Assembly (NCBI RefSeq): GCF_025526975.1 | Contig: NW_026515676.1 | Coordinates: forward strand, 310,001-374,000 | DNA length: 64,000 bases | Source of the DNA: Fimicolochytrium jonesii | Lineage: Eukaryota | Reading direction: 5' to 3' | Shown here: in pieces, positions 50,097-64,000 of the stretch | Position numbering within the stretch: the stretch's first letter is position 1 | Layout: every line of letters starts with the position of its first letter | Program-made: the position numbers and the translations under genes | Notes under the pieces: model-generated | Told to the model about the DNA's origin: nothing | What the model saw: only the letters and a program-made list of their open reading frames with translations | The model's database searches: none

Positions 50097-51192
50097 ATGA
50101 CTGCCGTCACACCTACCGCCACGTTCACCCTGAACAACGGACACACTATTCCCGCTGTTGGGCTCGGGACTTGTGAGTATATTGTATTTGGGTTGCGATG
50201 GGTTAAGGTGATCTAAGGATGGTGGGACTGAACTTGGGACATTTTTTTGTAGGGCAATCGAAGCCTGGAGAAGTTGGAGAGGCTGTTCTAGCTGCGATTG
50301 ATGCGGGGTACACGCACATCGATGGTGCTTACGTCTGTAAGTGTTTATATCAACATTGCGCGATGCACTTTATGCGCTTGGGAGAAGATAACTTACACCG
50401 AGTCCCATCTTAACAGACGGTAACGAGAAGGAAATCGGCGAAGCGCTCAAGAAGGCCTTCACCTCCGGCAAGATCAAGCGCGAGAACCTCTTCTACACCT
50501 CCAAGCTCTGGAACACCTTCCACCAGCCCTCCAAGGTCTCCGAAGCCATCACCAAGACTCTCTCCGACCTCCAGCTCGACTACCTGGACCTGTACCTGAT
50601 CCACTGGCCCGTGTCCTTCCAACCGGGCAGCGACCTCTTCCCCAAGGACAAGGACGGCAAGGTGATCACGGACCCCACCGACATCGTCGACACATGGAAG
50701 GAGTTGGAGAAATTGGTGGACGCGGGCAAAGTGCGCTCGATCGGTGTTTCCAACGCCGATGTGGCCACCCTGAAGAAGGTGATTGACAACGCCCGCATCA
50801 AGCCCGTCATCAACCAGGTCGAGCTGCACCCGTATCTCCCCCAGCCCGCGCTGCTCGAGTACGCCAAGAAGGAGAACGTACTCCTCACCGCCTACTCCCC
50901 ACTCGGATCCGGTAAAGACCACTCCCCGTTGAAGGAGCAGGTCATCGTCGACATTGCCAAGAAGCACGGCAAGGACCCTGGGCAGATCTTGCTCTCCTGG
51001 GCTGTGCAGCGTGGAACTGTCGTGATTCCCAAGTCTGTCAAGGCGGAACGGATTGCGAGCAACAGGAAGATTGAGAAGTTGAGCGAGGAGGAGATTGCCC
51101 AGATTAATGGGATTAAGGAGCGTGTGAGGATTGTGGACCCGAAGGAGTTCTGGGGGCTTGATCTGTTCAAGGGTGACACTGCTGACAAGTAA
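50097..51192 (+). CDS. Aldo-keto reductase (Gcy1/AKR1A-like), 3 exons
   Basis: LNNGHTIPAVGLGTW, GYTHIDGAYVYGNE, TSKLWN, YLDLYLIHWP, SIGVSN, NQVELHPY, AYSPLG, VIPKS; TATAAAA at about 49939. Confidence 0.95.
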
Positions 51193-51787
51193 AACGGTGG
51201 ACATCCCACTTCATTTGTACATTTTACTGTAGCTTAGCTTATTTATAGCTTACTACCGCAATTTTGTGAACGATTGTTCCTTTTTGAATACACCACCACT
51301 CATGTCGCTCTTCCCCCGAGATGTCTTTTTCTGTAAGCCGTGCGTGGGGAAAAGGCCGTCTGGGAATAAGTGAGGGAGACGGCGCTGTATATACCCCCCT
51401 GTCTTCTTATGGTTATCCGGGGCCACGGATTTACCCCCCCCCCCCCCCCCCCCCCCCTTCTCAATACTCTGTCCATCTCACCCAGAATTTCACCCATTCG
51501 CACTTGAGTTGACCGTCCCCCAAAATCCAACGTCGCCCCCAACACCCAGAAGCTTGCATTATGCGCCTACATCTGTGCATGAAACCCGACTCTCAGATAT
51601 CCAGCACAACTACACGATAAATAATAAACGCCCCCCTGTCTGTCACCCACTGATCTCACACACATCCTCTAGCCTCTCCCACCCGTCTGCATTCACGCTC
51701 CATTCCATTCGTCACCAGATGACCAAAAGAAGTGGCCAGCACGATTTGCATTGAAATGCGGGCAAACAAAAACAAAAAGGAGATTCT

Positions 51788-51894
51788 CGCTCCTGGGCAG
51801 GCTTGAACTGCCAACCTCTCGATTGCTAACTTGTGTTACCTTGTGTAACCCGAGTATAACAGTCGAACGCGCTAACCAATTGCGCCACAGAAGC
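51788..51894 (-). tRNA. tRNA-Asn(GTT) with ~33-nt canonical intron
   Basis: GCTTCTG/CAGGAGC acceptor stem, TGGCGCAATTGG A-box, TTCGA-CT-GTT-A[intron]A-TCGAG anticodon arm, GTTCAAGCC B-box, downstream T-run terminator. Confidence 0.93.
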
Positions 51895-52693
51895 TTTGGA
51901 TGATCGCTCCTGTTTGGTTGTTTGACTTGACACTTACGATCGCAGCTTTTTTGGGACGAAGGACGAACGAGGTTTTACTTTTGGGATGGACGGTGACCAA
52001 CGTGTGAGAAGCTCACTGAACGGGAGACGCGGTCCGACGTATGTATCTACGGGCGCACGATGTAGGATTGCGGGGGTTCATGGCCTGATGTATGTATGTA
52101 TTTTGCTGGATCGCCAGTTCAACGTTCGTGTGGGGGTGTGGAACGCGTAGGCCATAAAGCTCAAGCATCTCGTGCAGTCCCCGGAATACGTAAAGAAACG
52201 GGCGTCTGAAAAGTTTGGGACCTGAAAACGCGTAGGCGAGGGAACCAACACCGACGAGGGTTCGCGCGCGCAGGCAACCGTTCTGAGATAGGGGTTGCGA
52301 TGCACGCACGCACGCCATTACGCTTCGCGACCGGGGAGGTTCCGCCGGCCCCCGGAACATCCCCCCTCAAACCCCGCAAAACCCTCACCCACAAAAGTCT
52401 CATCGGTCTCAATCAAACAAAACCTCTGTTTCGTTTCCTGAAAATAAACAAGGGACAAAGCAACGCACAAGGGGAAGCAAGAAAAAACAAGAAAACACAA
52501 CAGGAAAGGGGGCGTAATATAATTAAGGGGGGGTCGCGTTATCGTACTATTTTGATGATAAGGGGCGGGGCGGAAAGTCCGTATATTCATCCGTCTCCAC
52601 ATTCCCGTGGGAGGCGAGGGGGGTGGGGGGTCGTCGAAAGGGGGAGGGGGGGATCTCGGCATTCGCCATTCGACTTTTCTAGCGGGCGGGCAT

Positions 52694-54736
<2,043 letters not shown>

Positions 54737-55153
54737 GACTGCAGCAGTATTTCGATTTCTTTGTGGTAGTGGAGTGTGGGAGTGGAGTGGGTGTGGGTGG
54801 GTGGGTGAGTGACAGGAAGGGAGGAAAGCAGATGGGGCGGGTGTTTGGGCAGCTTGCGGGGGGGGCTGCTGAGGGCTGCGGGTTTCTGCTTACGCTTCCT
54901 CCTGATTGATTGCGAAGGCGCGGACGCGTTTCGTTGCTGGCGGAGTGCGAAAAGGGGCAGCCCTCCAGACAACCGCCCGGGGTGTGACTTTTGGCTCTGA
55001 TGCTTCCCCTCTCTTCCTCTTTTCCTCAAGCCCCGGTCGTCTTCCCTTCTCCTCAGTCTTCCCTGCATGCAAGCCCATCGCTCCCCTCCTCACAAGTCAA
55101 TACCGTCCCTCTCGTTCCACGCAAGTTCTCCGCCCTCGACCTGTCACCCACAA

Positions 55154-55829
55154 ATGCCAGTCCAAACAACCCCACCCCGCCCCACCCGCCAACCCCCTCC
55201 ACCCTCCCTCTTCACCCTAACAGAAACAAAAGGCGACCTCTTCACCCTCTCTCCGCCCTCCGCCGCCCTCGTCCACTGCGTCTCCCAAGACCTCCACATG
55301 GGCAAGGGCATCGCCACCCACTTCAAACACCTCTTCGGTGGAGTCTCTGTTCTGAAAGCACAGAACCGTAATGTCGGCCACGTCGCGATCCTCACACCTC
55401 TCACAGCGCCCCGTGTCGAACCGCATCCCGCGGTTTATCTCATCACGAAACAAAGGTACTGTACGCCGAAGGGCGAAGCGAGCCCAGGATGACGGATCAC
55501 CGTCACAGCCCCACCCTCCTTGTCGCGAGCGGAGCGGAGCAACCCATCCTCTCCATGTTGATGGTTGTTGACGGCTCGATGGCTCGATGGCTTGACATTA
55601 ACGCCTCTTCTCGCCCCGCCCCCACAGATACTACGGCAAACCCACACTGGCAACCCTCCGGGCAAGTCTAGTGGACTTGCGCCGCGTCTGTGAGGAAATG
55701 GGGATCAGCGAGCTCGCGATGCCGCGGATCGGGTGTGGGCTGGACGCATTGCGGTGGGATGCGGTTGTGTCGATGTTGAAGGAGGTGTTTCAGGGAACGG
55801 AGATGAGGGTCCATGTTTTCCACATCTGA
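55154..55829 (+). CDS. OARD1: OARD1/TARG1/Poa1-like macrodomain ADP-ribose hydrolase, 2 exons (intron 55456-55627)
   Basis: KGDLF, LVHCVSQDLHMGKGIA, YLITK..Y.KPT, LAMPRIGCGLD.L.W. Confidence 0.92.
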
Positions 55830-56261
55830 GCGTAATCTGGGAACACCAGGAGACGTTACGAGGGGGATGGGCCGTTCGTAGATGTGCTGCCCAGTTTTCC
55901 CCCAACCATGTCCAACAGTCATCACATACAGTACATCCCGCCCGCCGACGTATTCACCTCCCTGCTTTCTATTATCGAACCACTATACCACGTTTGTCTT
56001 TGTATCGATAGCCAATCTAATGCAGTAAGGCAGATAGCGGTTTGTTTCTGACTGAATTTTTATTCAAAATAGGATATGAACTACGGGCCATTCCTTTCAG
56101 ACAGGTCGCACGACCATCCCATCCACTCACTCATGCGGCGATGCGCACTAACACTAAGGAACATTAAACACTAAAAGAGCTACCTCTACTCTAATCTCTA
56201 AAAAGTCCTACCTCAACAACCCTTCCAACCTCACCACCCTAAACCCCCCCCCCCCCCCCCC

Positions 56262-58250
56262 CTACTCCCTATAATCCCCCTCCCCACCCCCACCCCTCCT
56301 CATCCTCATCCCCCACTTCCTCAAATCCATATTCACATCCCCACTCACCTCCCTCACCAGCTTATCCATCTCCCTCTGTCTGAACCGATCCCACTTCCTC
56401 CGGTCCGTCAGCACAAAATGGCGCTGCAGCACCGCGTCGCGGGAGAGTGCCATCTTCGTGAGCGGGGAGAGGGGCAGCGTGATGGATGCGAGCCGTTCGC
56501 GGGCGTCGTGTTCTTGGATTTCGCCCAGGGTTACTTCCGTGAGGGTGTGGATTGTCATGGGGGACGGGAGGGTGCGGGGGGTTGATGATGATGATGATCC
56601 AGTTGTTGGGGGGGCGGGGGTGTCGGCGGTTGCGGGTGATGACGGTGCGACAGCGGTAGTCGTCGTCGCAGTCACGGTACTGACATTATTATCCGACTCA
56701 ACCTCGCCCCCATTCCACATAATCTGCTCCCCAAAATACTCCCCGGGCGAAATATATCCCAAAAAAATCGCAATACAGCACGGCCCTTCAACTTGTGCGT
56801 CTTCAAGTAAACCCGAGTCCGTCCGAGCGCGGACGGCGTGAGGTGGCCGGATTTTCGCGTGGCGGTGCAGGTGTAGTTTGATGGCTTCTTCCGTGGTGAC
56901 TTCGAGGTGGGTGAAGGCGGCGAGGACGCCGGATTTGAGGAATGAGATTTTGGAGACTGTTGCGCCCTGTTTGAGGACGTAGGTGCCTTTGGGGTAGCGG
57001 ACTACTGCCATTGCCTGGGTGCAGAATGAAACAAAGGAAAACGGGAATGGTGAGTAGCATAATCACCCACGAGGGTAACGTGAGTTGTGTCTTACGTTTG
57101 CGATGAGGTTTACTTCGCGTTCGTCGGTAATTCCAACGTATCGGCGGAGGTACAGGATTCGTTCCTGCCGTTCCTTTTCGTGCACGAATCTAGAAAGGAG
57201 TACATTTAAGTCTCAAGTCCAACCACTCAAAAACATAAAGATTACGTCATAATCCTTCACGAAATCTCACCGAACAACCCTAAGATAATCCGCCTTTTCA
57301 ATCTTCAACAACACGCACGAAGTCACCGTCTTGATCGTAGCCGAGCGCACCGTAATATGCGAAAGCGCAAGCTCCCCGAACCCCGCGCCCGCCTCCAAAC
57401 TCTTCAACACAATACTCTGCCTCACGACATCCACCACATCCATCTCCGCCAACGCATTCCCCTCCGCATCATTCGCATTCTTCAGACCTTTCGTTCCGCC
57501 TTTCAGGACAAGGATGTCCACCGTGCCTTCGAGGATGACGAACCAGCTGGACCCGATGTCGCCCTGCCGGAAGACGGTGCGATTTTGTTCCATTAGGACG
57601 GGGTGGATGACGCCTAGGAGTTGGGTCATGGTGAAGTCGGACATGGCGCTGAAGGCTTTGAGAGTGCGGAGACCGGCGAACAGGCGCTTGACTTCGTCGG
57701 GGGTGCGTTGGGTTTCGGGTTTGTTGAGGATGCTGACGATTTCGGGCACGGTGGGGGTGAGGTTGGTTGCGGAACCTGATGTGGGGCGCTTTTCGAGTGA
57801 CTTGCTTGAGTGAGGCCTTTTGACGGTAGTTTTATCGCGCTTCGCTTTCGTTCTAGCGTTGTTATGATCTTTGGAAGTCTGCAAACTCCTTTCCAGCCCC
57901 ATCTGCTGCGATCTGCTCGTCGCTGCCACCTTCGCGAGAGAGGGAATCACGACCTGTTCCGGCCCTTTCACGGTCCGCTGCCGCTTCTGACTCAGCGCTG
58001 CGATGTTCACCGGCGGAGGGGTCCGCAGCTCCTTCATGAAATCCCGCAGCCGGGCGAGGAACTCGGCATGTTTATCTTCTACCGGCGGCAACCCAACGAC
58101 GTTCCTCGAGCTCGACTCCATCCCCGTGTCCTCCGCCTCCATATCCACCGGATTGATCAACGGGACCTTCTGTGCGGACGTGTGACCCCAGATCGTATCC
58201 GCTATCTCACACAACCGTTTCACTTCGACGGCTCGTTTGCGACGAGACAT
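56262..58250 (-). CDS. Protein with two cyclic-nucleotide-binding domains (CNBD-like); probably has further upstream exons to about 58.9 kb
   Basis: VFRQGDIGSSWFVILEGTV...GFGELAL...RSATI and second domain VLKQG...FLKSG...GEYFGE; two introns at 57.0-57.27 kb. Confidence 0.8.
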
Positions 58251-59424
58251 GCGCGGAGATGCGAGGTCCCGTTGTCGAAGCTCGGCACAGTCGTGCGTCC
58301 TGTGAGCCTAACCAATCCGAATCATGTTGTTATTGTTTGATTGCCATTCTCAGCTCTGAGCGACGGTCCCACCTTATGGCATTTCGTATCCACCGGCGGC
58401 AAATGTATTTCGCTCATTTCAGCCGCTGTTGCGTCGTCCGACAAGTTCGGGGGTTCCTGTTCTATCCAACACAATTGCACTAAGTATGTATGAATACCCC
58501 TACGTGGCGGTCACATCTCTTCGTCTCCTGTCATCTTCAAATTCAGGTCCGCCCATTGAAAGACATATACAGCGCATTGCTCAAAGGAAGGATGAGCCCC
58601 AGCCACTCCTTACCCTTCAGGTGCGTCTCCAATAAAGTAAACCGTGCGTGGGAAAACGTGTGAGATTCGGTGGTGTGTGAATAAATTTCGAAAGTATAGT
58701 TGTTCTTTTCGGGGTTTCTGGAGTTGCTGAACGGGAGAGAGCGATACGAGATGGGCGGTTTGCCCCTCTTCTTGAATTGGGTGGAAAGCCTGGAGCGAGG
58801 TACGATGCAATTCTGGATGCAATTGGGAGTTATCTTCAGCTGAGGATTTCGGGAAAATGGCCCTTTCGTGGCGTCTTGGGGGATTCCCCACGGCCAGCCG
58901 GCAGTATGGACCAAGTATGGACAGACGGACAGACAGACGTCCTGGTTTCCTACGAGCAAGCAAGGGAAGCCATACTGTATGTAGGGCCTCTGTGCTCGCA
59001 TCGCTCGCAACCCCTCGTCACCACAGTCATCGTCGTCGCAGATATCATGATTCATGATGGTCCTGCCTGCGTCGCCAAATGCACCGCAAACGGCCAACAG
59101 CTTCTTGCCGGTACAACAAGGCCGCTCGCCGCTCAGGACTCAGGAGGCCGCTACATATACAGAGTAGGTGACCAGGTCAGTACGGTACCTACCTACATAC
59201 TACCAGATGCCCTGCCAGGTGCCTTGCCAATGTTGGCATGCTGCCCGAAACGGTCGTCTCATCTTTCGGTTGACCTCTCGATATGTAACGACGACCAAGT
59301 GCTACTGATTCTTCTTATGCCGTTCAACAAAGCAACATAGAATATCACACAAGCACTGAACGATTACTCCATATTTCAGCAAGTTTTGACCTCATTTCTG
59401 CGACCCCTACTCATATTACCAGCC

Positions 59425-60495
59425 ATGACCGTCGACTATACCGCCTTCGAGACCCTCCATGCCCGCATCCTCACCCTAGAGTCCGCCACACGGGATTTAC
59501 CAGCCCTATCCGCCCGCCTGTCTACGCTCGAAATTGAGCTCTCATCAAAAGCCTACACCTCCAAAACAGCAGCTGATCTAGCAGCATCGATCGGCAAAAG
59601 CGTCGACAAGCTCGAAGACAATCTCTCGCTTAAATCCATCTCGGCGGCGCTGACCGGAAACAAGAAGCAAAAGCTGGAGAAGGAGCGCGAAGACCTCGTC
59701 CATGTTCGCGAAGTGGCACTCAGGGAGGCGGAAGCGATGCGGGCGGTCGAGGTGCAGCTGCCCGGTGTCAGGCAGCAGCACACCGCGATGGAGGCGGCCG
59801 CGCGGGAGTTGGAGACGCTCCGAAAACAGGAAACGCAGTTGCTGGAGCAGTGGTTCAGCGGGCCGATCGTAGACCCCGAGGAGGCACTGTTGAAGGCCGC
59901 GTTGGCCACGGCGACATCTGCGCTGGCTGGTCCGACGACCGAGCTAGCGACCATGAACGCCGTGTCTAAACTCGTGGATCAGGGATACTGGGCACTCGAC
60001 AAGGCGATGAAGTACATGGGCCGCAAGCGGTGCGACGACGGCATGTGGATCGGCATCGACCCCATCATGGTCCGCCTCCAGGACTCGGTCAAGATCGCGA
60101 ATGAAGCGATCGAGAAAGCCAACACCGCGCTCGTGCGCGCTCAGCACATGTTGGACGAGTCGCCTTCCGTCTTGCTGGTCTCAAAAACCAACACTTCCCT
60201 CCTCCCACCCCTCCCTCTCCCCCTGTTCGGCGCCGACGTCACATCACGCGTAGCAGACGACCTCTTCAGATCCCCGGGGGTGCCCAGCGCCATGAAGGCT
60301 GAGGACGTTTACAAGTTCGCAGTCGCTATGCAGCCCGTTGTGGACCAGGTGCAAACGGCCGACGGGATTCTGAAGGATCGGACTGAGGAGCTGGAGAAAA
60401 GGAAGGGCAAGCTGCGGGAGGAGGCTGGTGCCGCGGCGAGGGAGTTGTATGAGGCCCGCGTGCGGCTTTTGCAAGAGCGTGTGCTGCAGACGTAA
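59425..60495 (+). CDS. Hypothetical coiled-coil protein, intronless
   Basis: 356-codon ORF with coding-like composition and heptad-rich ends. Confidence 0.75.
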   Translation: MTVDYTAFETLHARILTLESATRDLPALSARLSTLEIELSSKAYTSKTAADLAASIGKSVDKLEDNLSLKSISAALTGNKKQKLEKEREDLVHVREVALREAEAMRAVEVQLPGVRQQHTAMEAAARELETLRKQETQLLEQWFSGPIVDPEEALLKAALATATSALAGPTTELATMNAVSKLVDQGYWALDKAMKYMGRKRCDDGMWIGIDPIMVRLQDSVKIANEAIEKANTALVRAQHMLDESPSVLLVSKTNTSLLPPLPLPLFGADVTSRVADDLFRSPGVPSAMKAEDVYKFAVAMQPVVDQVQTADGILKDRTEELEKRKGKLREEAGAAARELYEARVRLLQERVLQT

Positions 60496-61091
60496 GTTGG
60501 TGTGTAGGATAGGTGTTTTTTGTTGGGGAGAGTAGGTCGTCTGAAAACCGCTAAGGAGGTCGAAGGCACACTGAAAAGGGTGCGAATCGCACTGGGAAAA
60601 GTGGGCCAACAAGTCGTGGCGTTCGATGAGGCACCTTGGACAACCATGGGAGATATAGTTCGCATAGTTCACCCGAGATAGGCGCGGGGTACAGTGTAAT
60701 TTCAAACTCCGAGACACCCGAACGACAGCTCAGATTGGGCTATTCTGTCGCTGAGTTTATTATGGGGAACTGGGCTGCGGGGTCATTCCCATTCCCTCAA
60801 GCCTTGTATATATATATGCCAGACCAAGGCATGCCACTAAATTGTTCGCAAACGCAATGGTGGCAAAAAGCTATGCCAATCTTCGAAATTACCTCCGGCT
60901 GCCTCTCTGCCGCAGGAAATTGCCAAAATAACTGTGATCGAACTAGCGTTCATTCCACATCGGCTACTCTACCATCTCGGGGTGTATCATGTATCAGACA
61001 TATGTATGCCGTTCTGACTATCCGAGTATCTCTTCGTGGTTACCGCGCCGTGGTGCGCTTCTACGACGACATCGCCGCGTCCTTATCCCCT

Positions 61092-63648
61092 TCAATCAAA
61101 AATGTCAAAAATAGCCTGCTGGTCCTTATAATTGTTATCCACGACATTGACGAGGAACCAGGACTCCGCGACGGTCGTGATCAGGTCGTGCGAGGGTGTT
61201 GAAGGGGTGTAGAGGTTTGCCCATTTTTGCCAGAGTTCGAAGGCTTCGTCCTGTAATTGAGAGCGGGGGTCAGTAAACTGTGTGCGGCGAGGTTTTTGCT
61301 TTTGACGTTACCTTCCAGGCGATGAAGCTGGCCGAGTCGACGATGGTGGGTTGTACGATTTCTTGGCCGGGGAAGACGCCCCATGTTACGGCGTTGGGGG
61401 AGTCGCCTTGTGTGTTTGTGCGGAGGTCGCCCTATTTGTTGCGAAAACAGAGTTTGTTCAGTATCGTCCAAGCGGCATCTGAAAAGAGTTATGTACATCA
61501 CCCCGAACAGTTACCTGCTTATTTACGGCATAATACGTAACGAACGGATACCCCGCAATCTTCTTCACCAGCCTATCCAGCTCCTCAGGCCCCACAAAAA
61601 ACTCCAAATACGCCTTCTGGTACACAAATCCGTTTTTGGGTCCCCAACCAAACACGGGATGCGACGACGGCGCGCCGTCCACCGCGGGCTGCGAGTTTAT
61701 CGTCAGGTAGCCCTTGGTGTTGATATCCACAAGCCGGGATCGGATGACGTCGGATTCGGCTATTAAGGGCCCGTCGCACCAGGGGAGGACGTTGAGCTCG
61801 TTTGTGCAGTAGGCGCGGAAAAGCTCGTAGAGGTCGGGGAGGGTGCTGGGGTGTTTCCAAAGGGAGAGGCATTCGGAGGCGGAGTGTTTGAGGTTGAAGC
61901 CGTAGCCGTCCAGTTCGCCAAAGGCTTTTGTTGTAAGAAGGGGAGGTGTAAATGGGCGTGCTCTTTCGGTAGCGACATGCAAATACGAATACCGCAGTCA
62001 CTAACCTGGCGACCTCGCATCCCCCCACCGCCCGTTCGGAAAATCGTCCCACGCTTCCGTCCGCAAGATGTAGCTGCGTATGCGGTTCTTCCAGAAGATA
62101 GGCCGCACGTTCTCCTTTTCGCGGTTCCGCGCCAATGACTGGACATCGACGATAGCAAGCTTTGTTGGTCAGTACAAACCGGCGAACGAGAAAGTAGAAA
62201 GACAAGGAAGGGGCGGGGCGATTTTGAGGCCGTTGTGCGTGTATCAACGAAACGGGGACGATGGCTTACCGGGTTCCACGGTAACGGCCGCACCTGGTCA
62301 ATCGGCGCGACAAACTGCAACCCTTCCAAGATAAGCCGCGTCGACCGCTCCAGATTGAGGGTATAGAAATGGAACCCGCGGATCCCACTCTCCTTCATCT
62401 TATTGCACATATCGATCGCTAACCGGATCCCATAGTCCTTCACGGCCCTGTCGTCGTCCTTGATCGGTTCCAGGTCCCGTAAGATGTGGTCGGGGACGTA
62501 GGTCTTGCAGAGCGATGTCATGCGGTTGAAGCCGCCGTAGTTTTGGATGGGCATGATGCCGGGGAGGATCGGGGCTGTGATGCCGAGGTCAAGGGCCTTT
62601 TTGTACCAGGTGATGAACAGGTCTACGTCGTAGAAGAGCTGAGTGACGACGTAATCGGCGCCCGCTTCGATCTTGCGTTTGAGGTGCCGTAGGTCTTCTT
62701 CTGGGTCTGGGTTATCCGTATGACCTTCCGGGTAGGCTGGAAAGGAACGATCGTCAGCAGTATACTCTTCACCAACTGCATTCGAAGATGGGACATACCT
62801 GCCACCCCAATACAAAAGTAATCCCCATACTCATGCCTGATATACTTCACAAGATCAATCGCATACGAGAATCCTGTCTCGACCTTTGTCCACGTCTCCT
62901 GCCCTCGCGGTGGATCCCCTCTCAGCGCAAGGATGTTCTGTATCCCGGCAGCCTTCGCATCCTTTAGCGCGATGTCGATCTTTTCCCGGGGCATGTTTGT
63001 GCACGTCCTGTTCGCTGGAGTCATCAGCCGACGACGGGTGGATGGCAACTATCCGACAAAGCCCAACACTCACAAATGCATACAAGTCTCCAGCCCATAT
63101 ACCGCCTGCGCGGTCGTGCACACTTGCATAGTCACATCCGAGCTGCTCCCGCCAGCGTTCCAAGTCACGTCGACGAACTCTGGGCCCAGTTGGTACATGC
63201 GCTCCTGTTCATCCAAACAAACAAAGCATCAGAATGGGCTGCCTGGCTCTTGGCTGGAGCCATGGCTGACCCACCATGCGGTCATATAGATTGATCACAC
63301 CGGCTTCAGTTTTCGGTGGGAAGTATTCGAAGGACTAGGGGGAGGGTGGGAATGGGTCATGTTTGGGCTGGATGAAGACAGGCATCGGGCAGACGATCGC
63401 CGGAACTTACCCAGAAGCACCTGTCCTCGGCTATCCATGAGGAAATGAGAGAGCGAGCGTTAGTACGCGCCCAGATACTAGACTGGGAGTTGGGCCGCTC
63501 AATAGGGGTCGCTGTGCTTGAGCAATGCTCGAACGTGGCTGCGCCGTAGGCCCTGTCTCCAAAGCTTGGGTGTGGCACATTGCGAGTGGTGGGCGGAAGC
63601 ATCCTGCTGCTTACCTGTTGCCTTTGCTATCTTGTCGGTGATCTTCAT
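61092..63648 (-). CDS. MET13: Methylenetetrahydrofolate reductase (Met13/MTHFR) with C-terminal SAM-binding regulatory domain, multi-exon
   Basis: [94 protein letters not shown]. Confidence 0.97.
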
Positions 63649-64000
63649 GGTAGCTTTGGCGACGAGGTTTGCGACGAAGTGTGTTTGTGAAGCGGGCTAT
63701 AAAAGTCAGGGGGGGTGGGGGGCAGTTGGGTGGGGGGGGGGGGGGGGAGTTGGGAAGTTTGGCGCACGAACATCGACGCGTGAGGGGAAAGGGAGATGAG
63801 ATGATGCTGAGAGAGAGGGACCCCAAGACAGCCCCAGGAGCCGCCAGCGACAACACTACATAGACACCCTCCAAACAACATACTGTACACTATACACTCA
63901 AATGTCACATAGAACTTTGTGGCGCTGATGTCTGATGTCTGATGTAGATATATGCAGATAGTTCTTGATTGCTATGTTCAGTATGTACACTGCCATGGCA

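Noticed and set aside
63434..63614. Riboswitch in MTHFR intron 1
   Set aside because: No TPP core or SAM-riboswitch consensus recognised by eye; Infernal/Rfam search would be needed.

Overview
Eukaryotic, intron-containing DNA, most consistent with a zoosporic (chytrid-like) fungus: fungal-type beta-tubulin with the axonemal EGEFxxx tail, MORN5, animal-like LAMTOR4, HAUS1 and fused BioDA. The supplied ORF track ignores introns, so gene models were spliced by hand. Two gene-dense arms carry housekeeping genes. The left arm (about 2-24.5 kb) has THADA/Trm732, HAUS1, LCL3, bioDA, MoCo sulfurase, MORN5 and LAMTOR4. The right arm (about 50-64 kb) has an aldo-keto reductase, tRNA-Asn, beta-tubulin, OARD1, a cNMP-binding protein and MTHFR. 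Between them is a 25-50 kb accessory block with an intact FHIT gene, decayed paralogous fragments of an unknown family (atypical GATA-like finger, F-box-like piece) and a 13.3-kb retrotransposon nest. The nest is a Bianca/Ty1-like copia (167-bp LTRs, TCTTG TSD, half-tRNA-Ile PBS) containing a self-priming chromodomain gypsy, a gypsy solo LTR and the 3' end of a third LTR element. The top candidate for novelty is that third element: it appears to carry a 3-intron, antisense, tandem RING-like zinc-finger gene next to a tandem-repeat array. All family assignments come from recalled motif similarity, not database searches.
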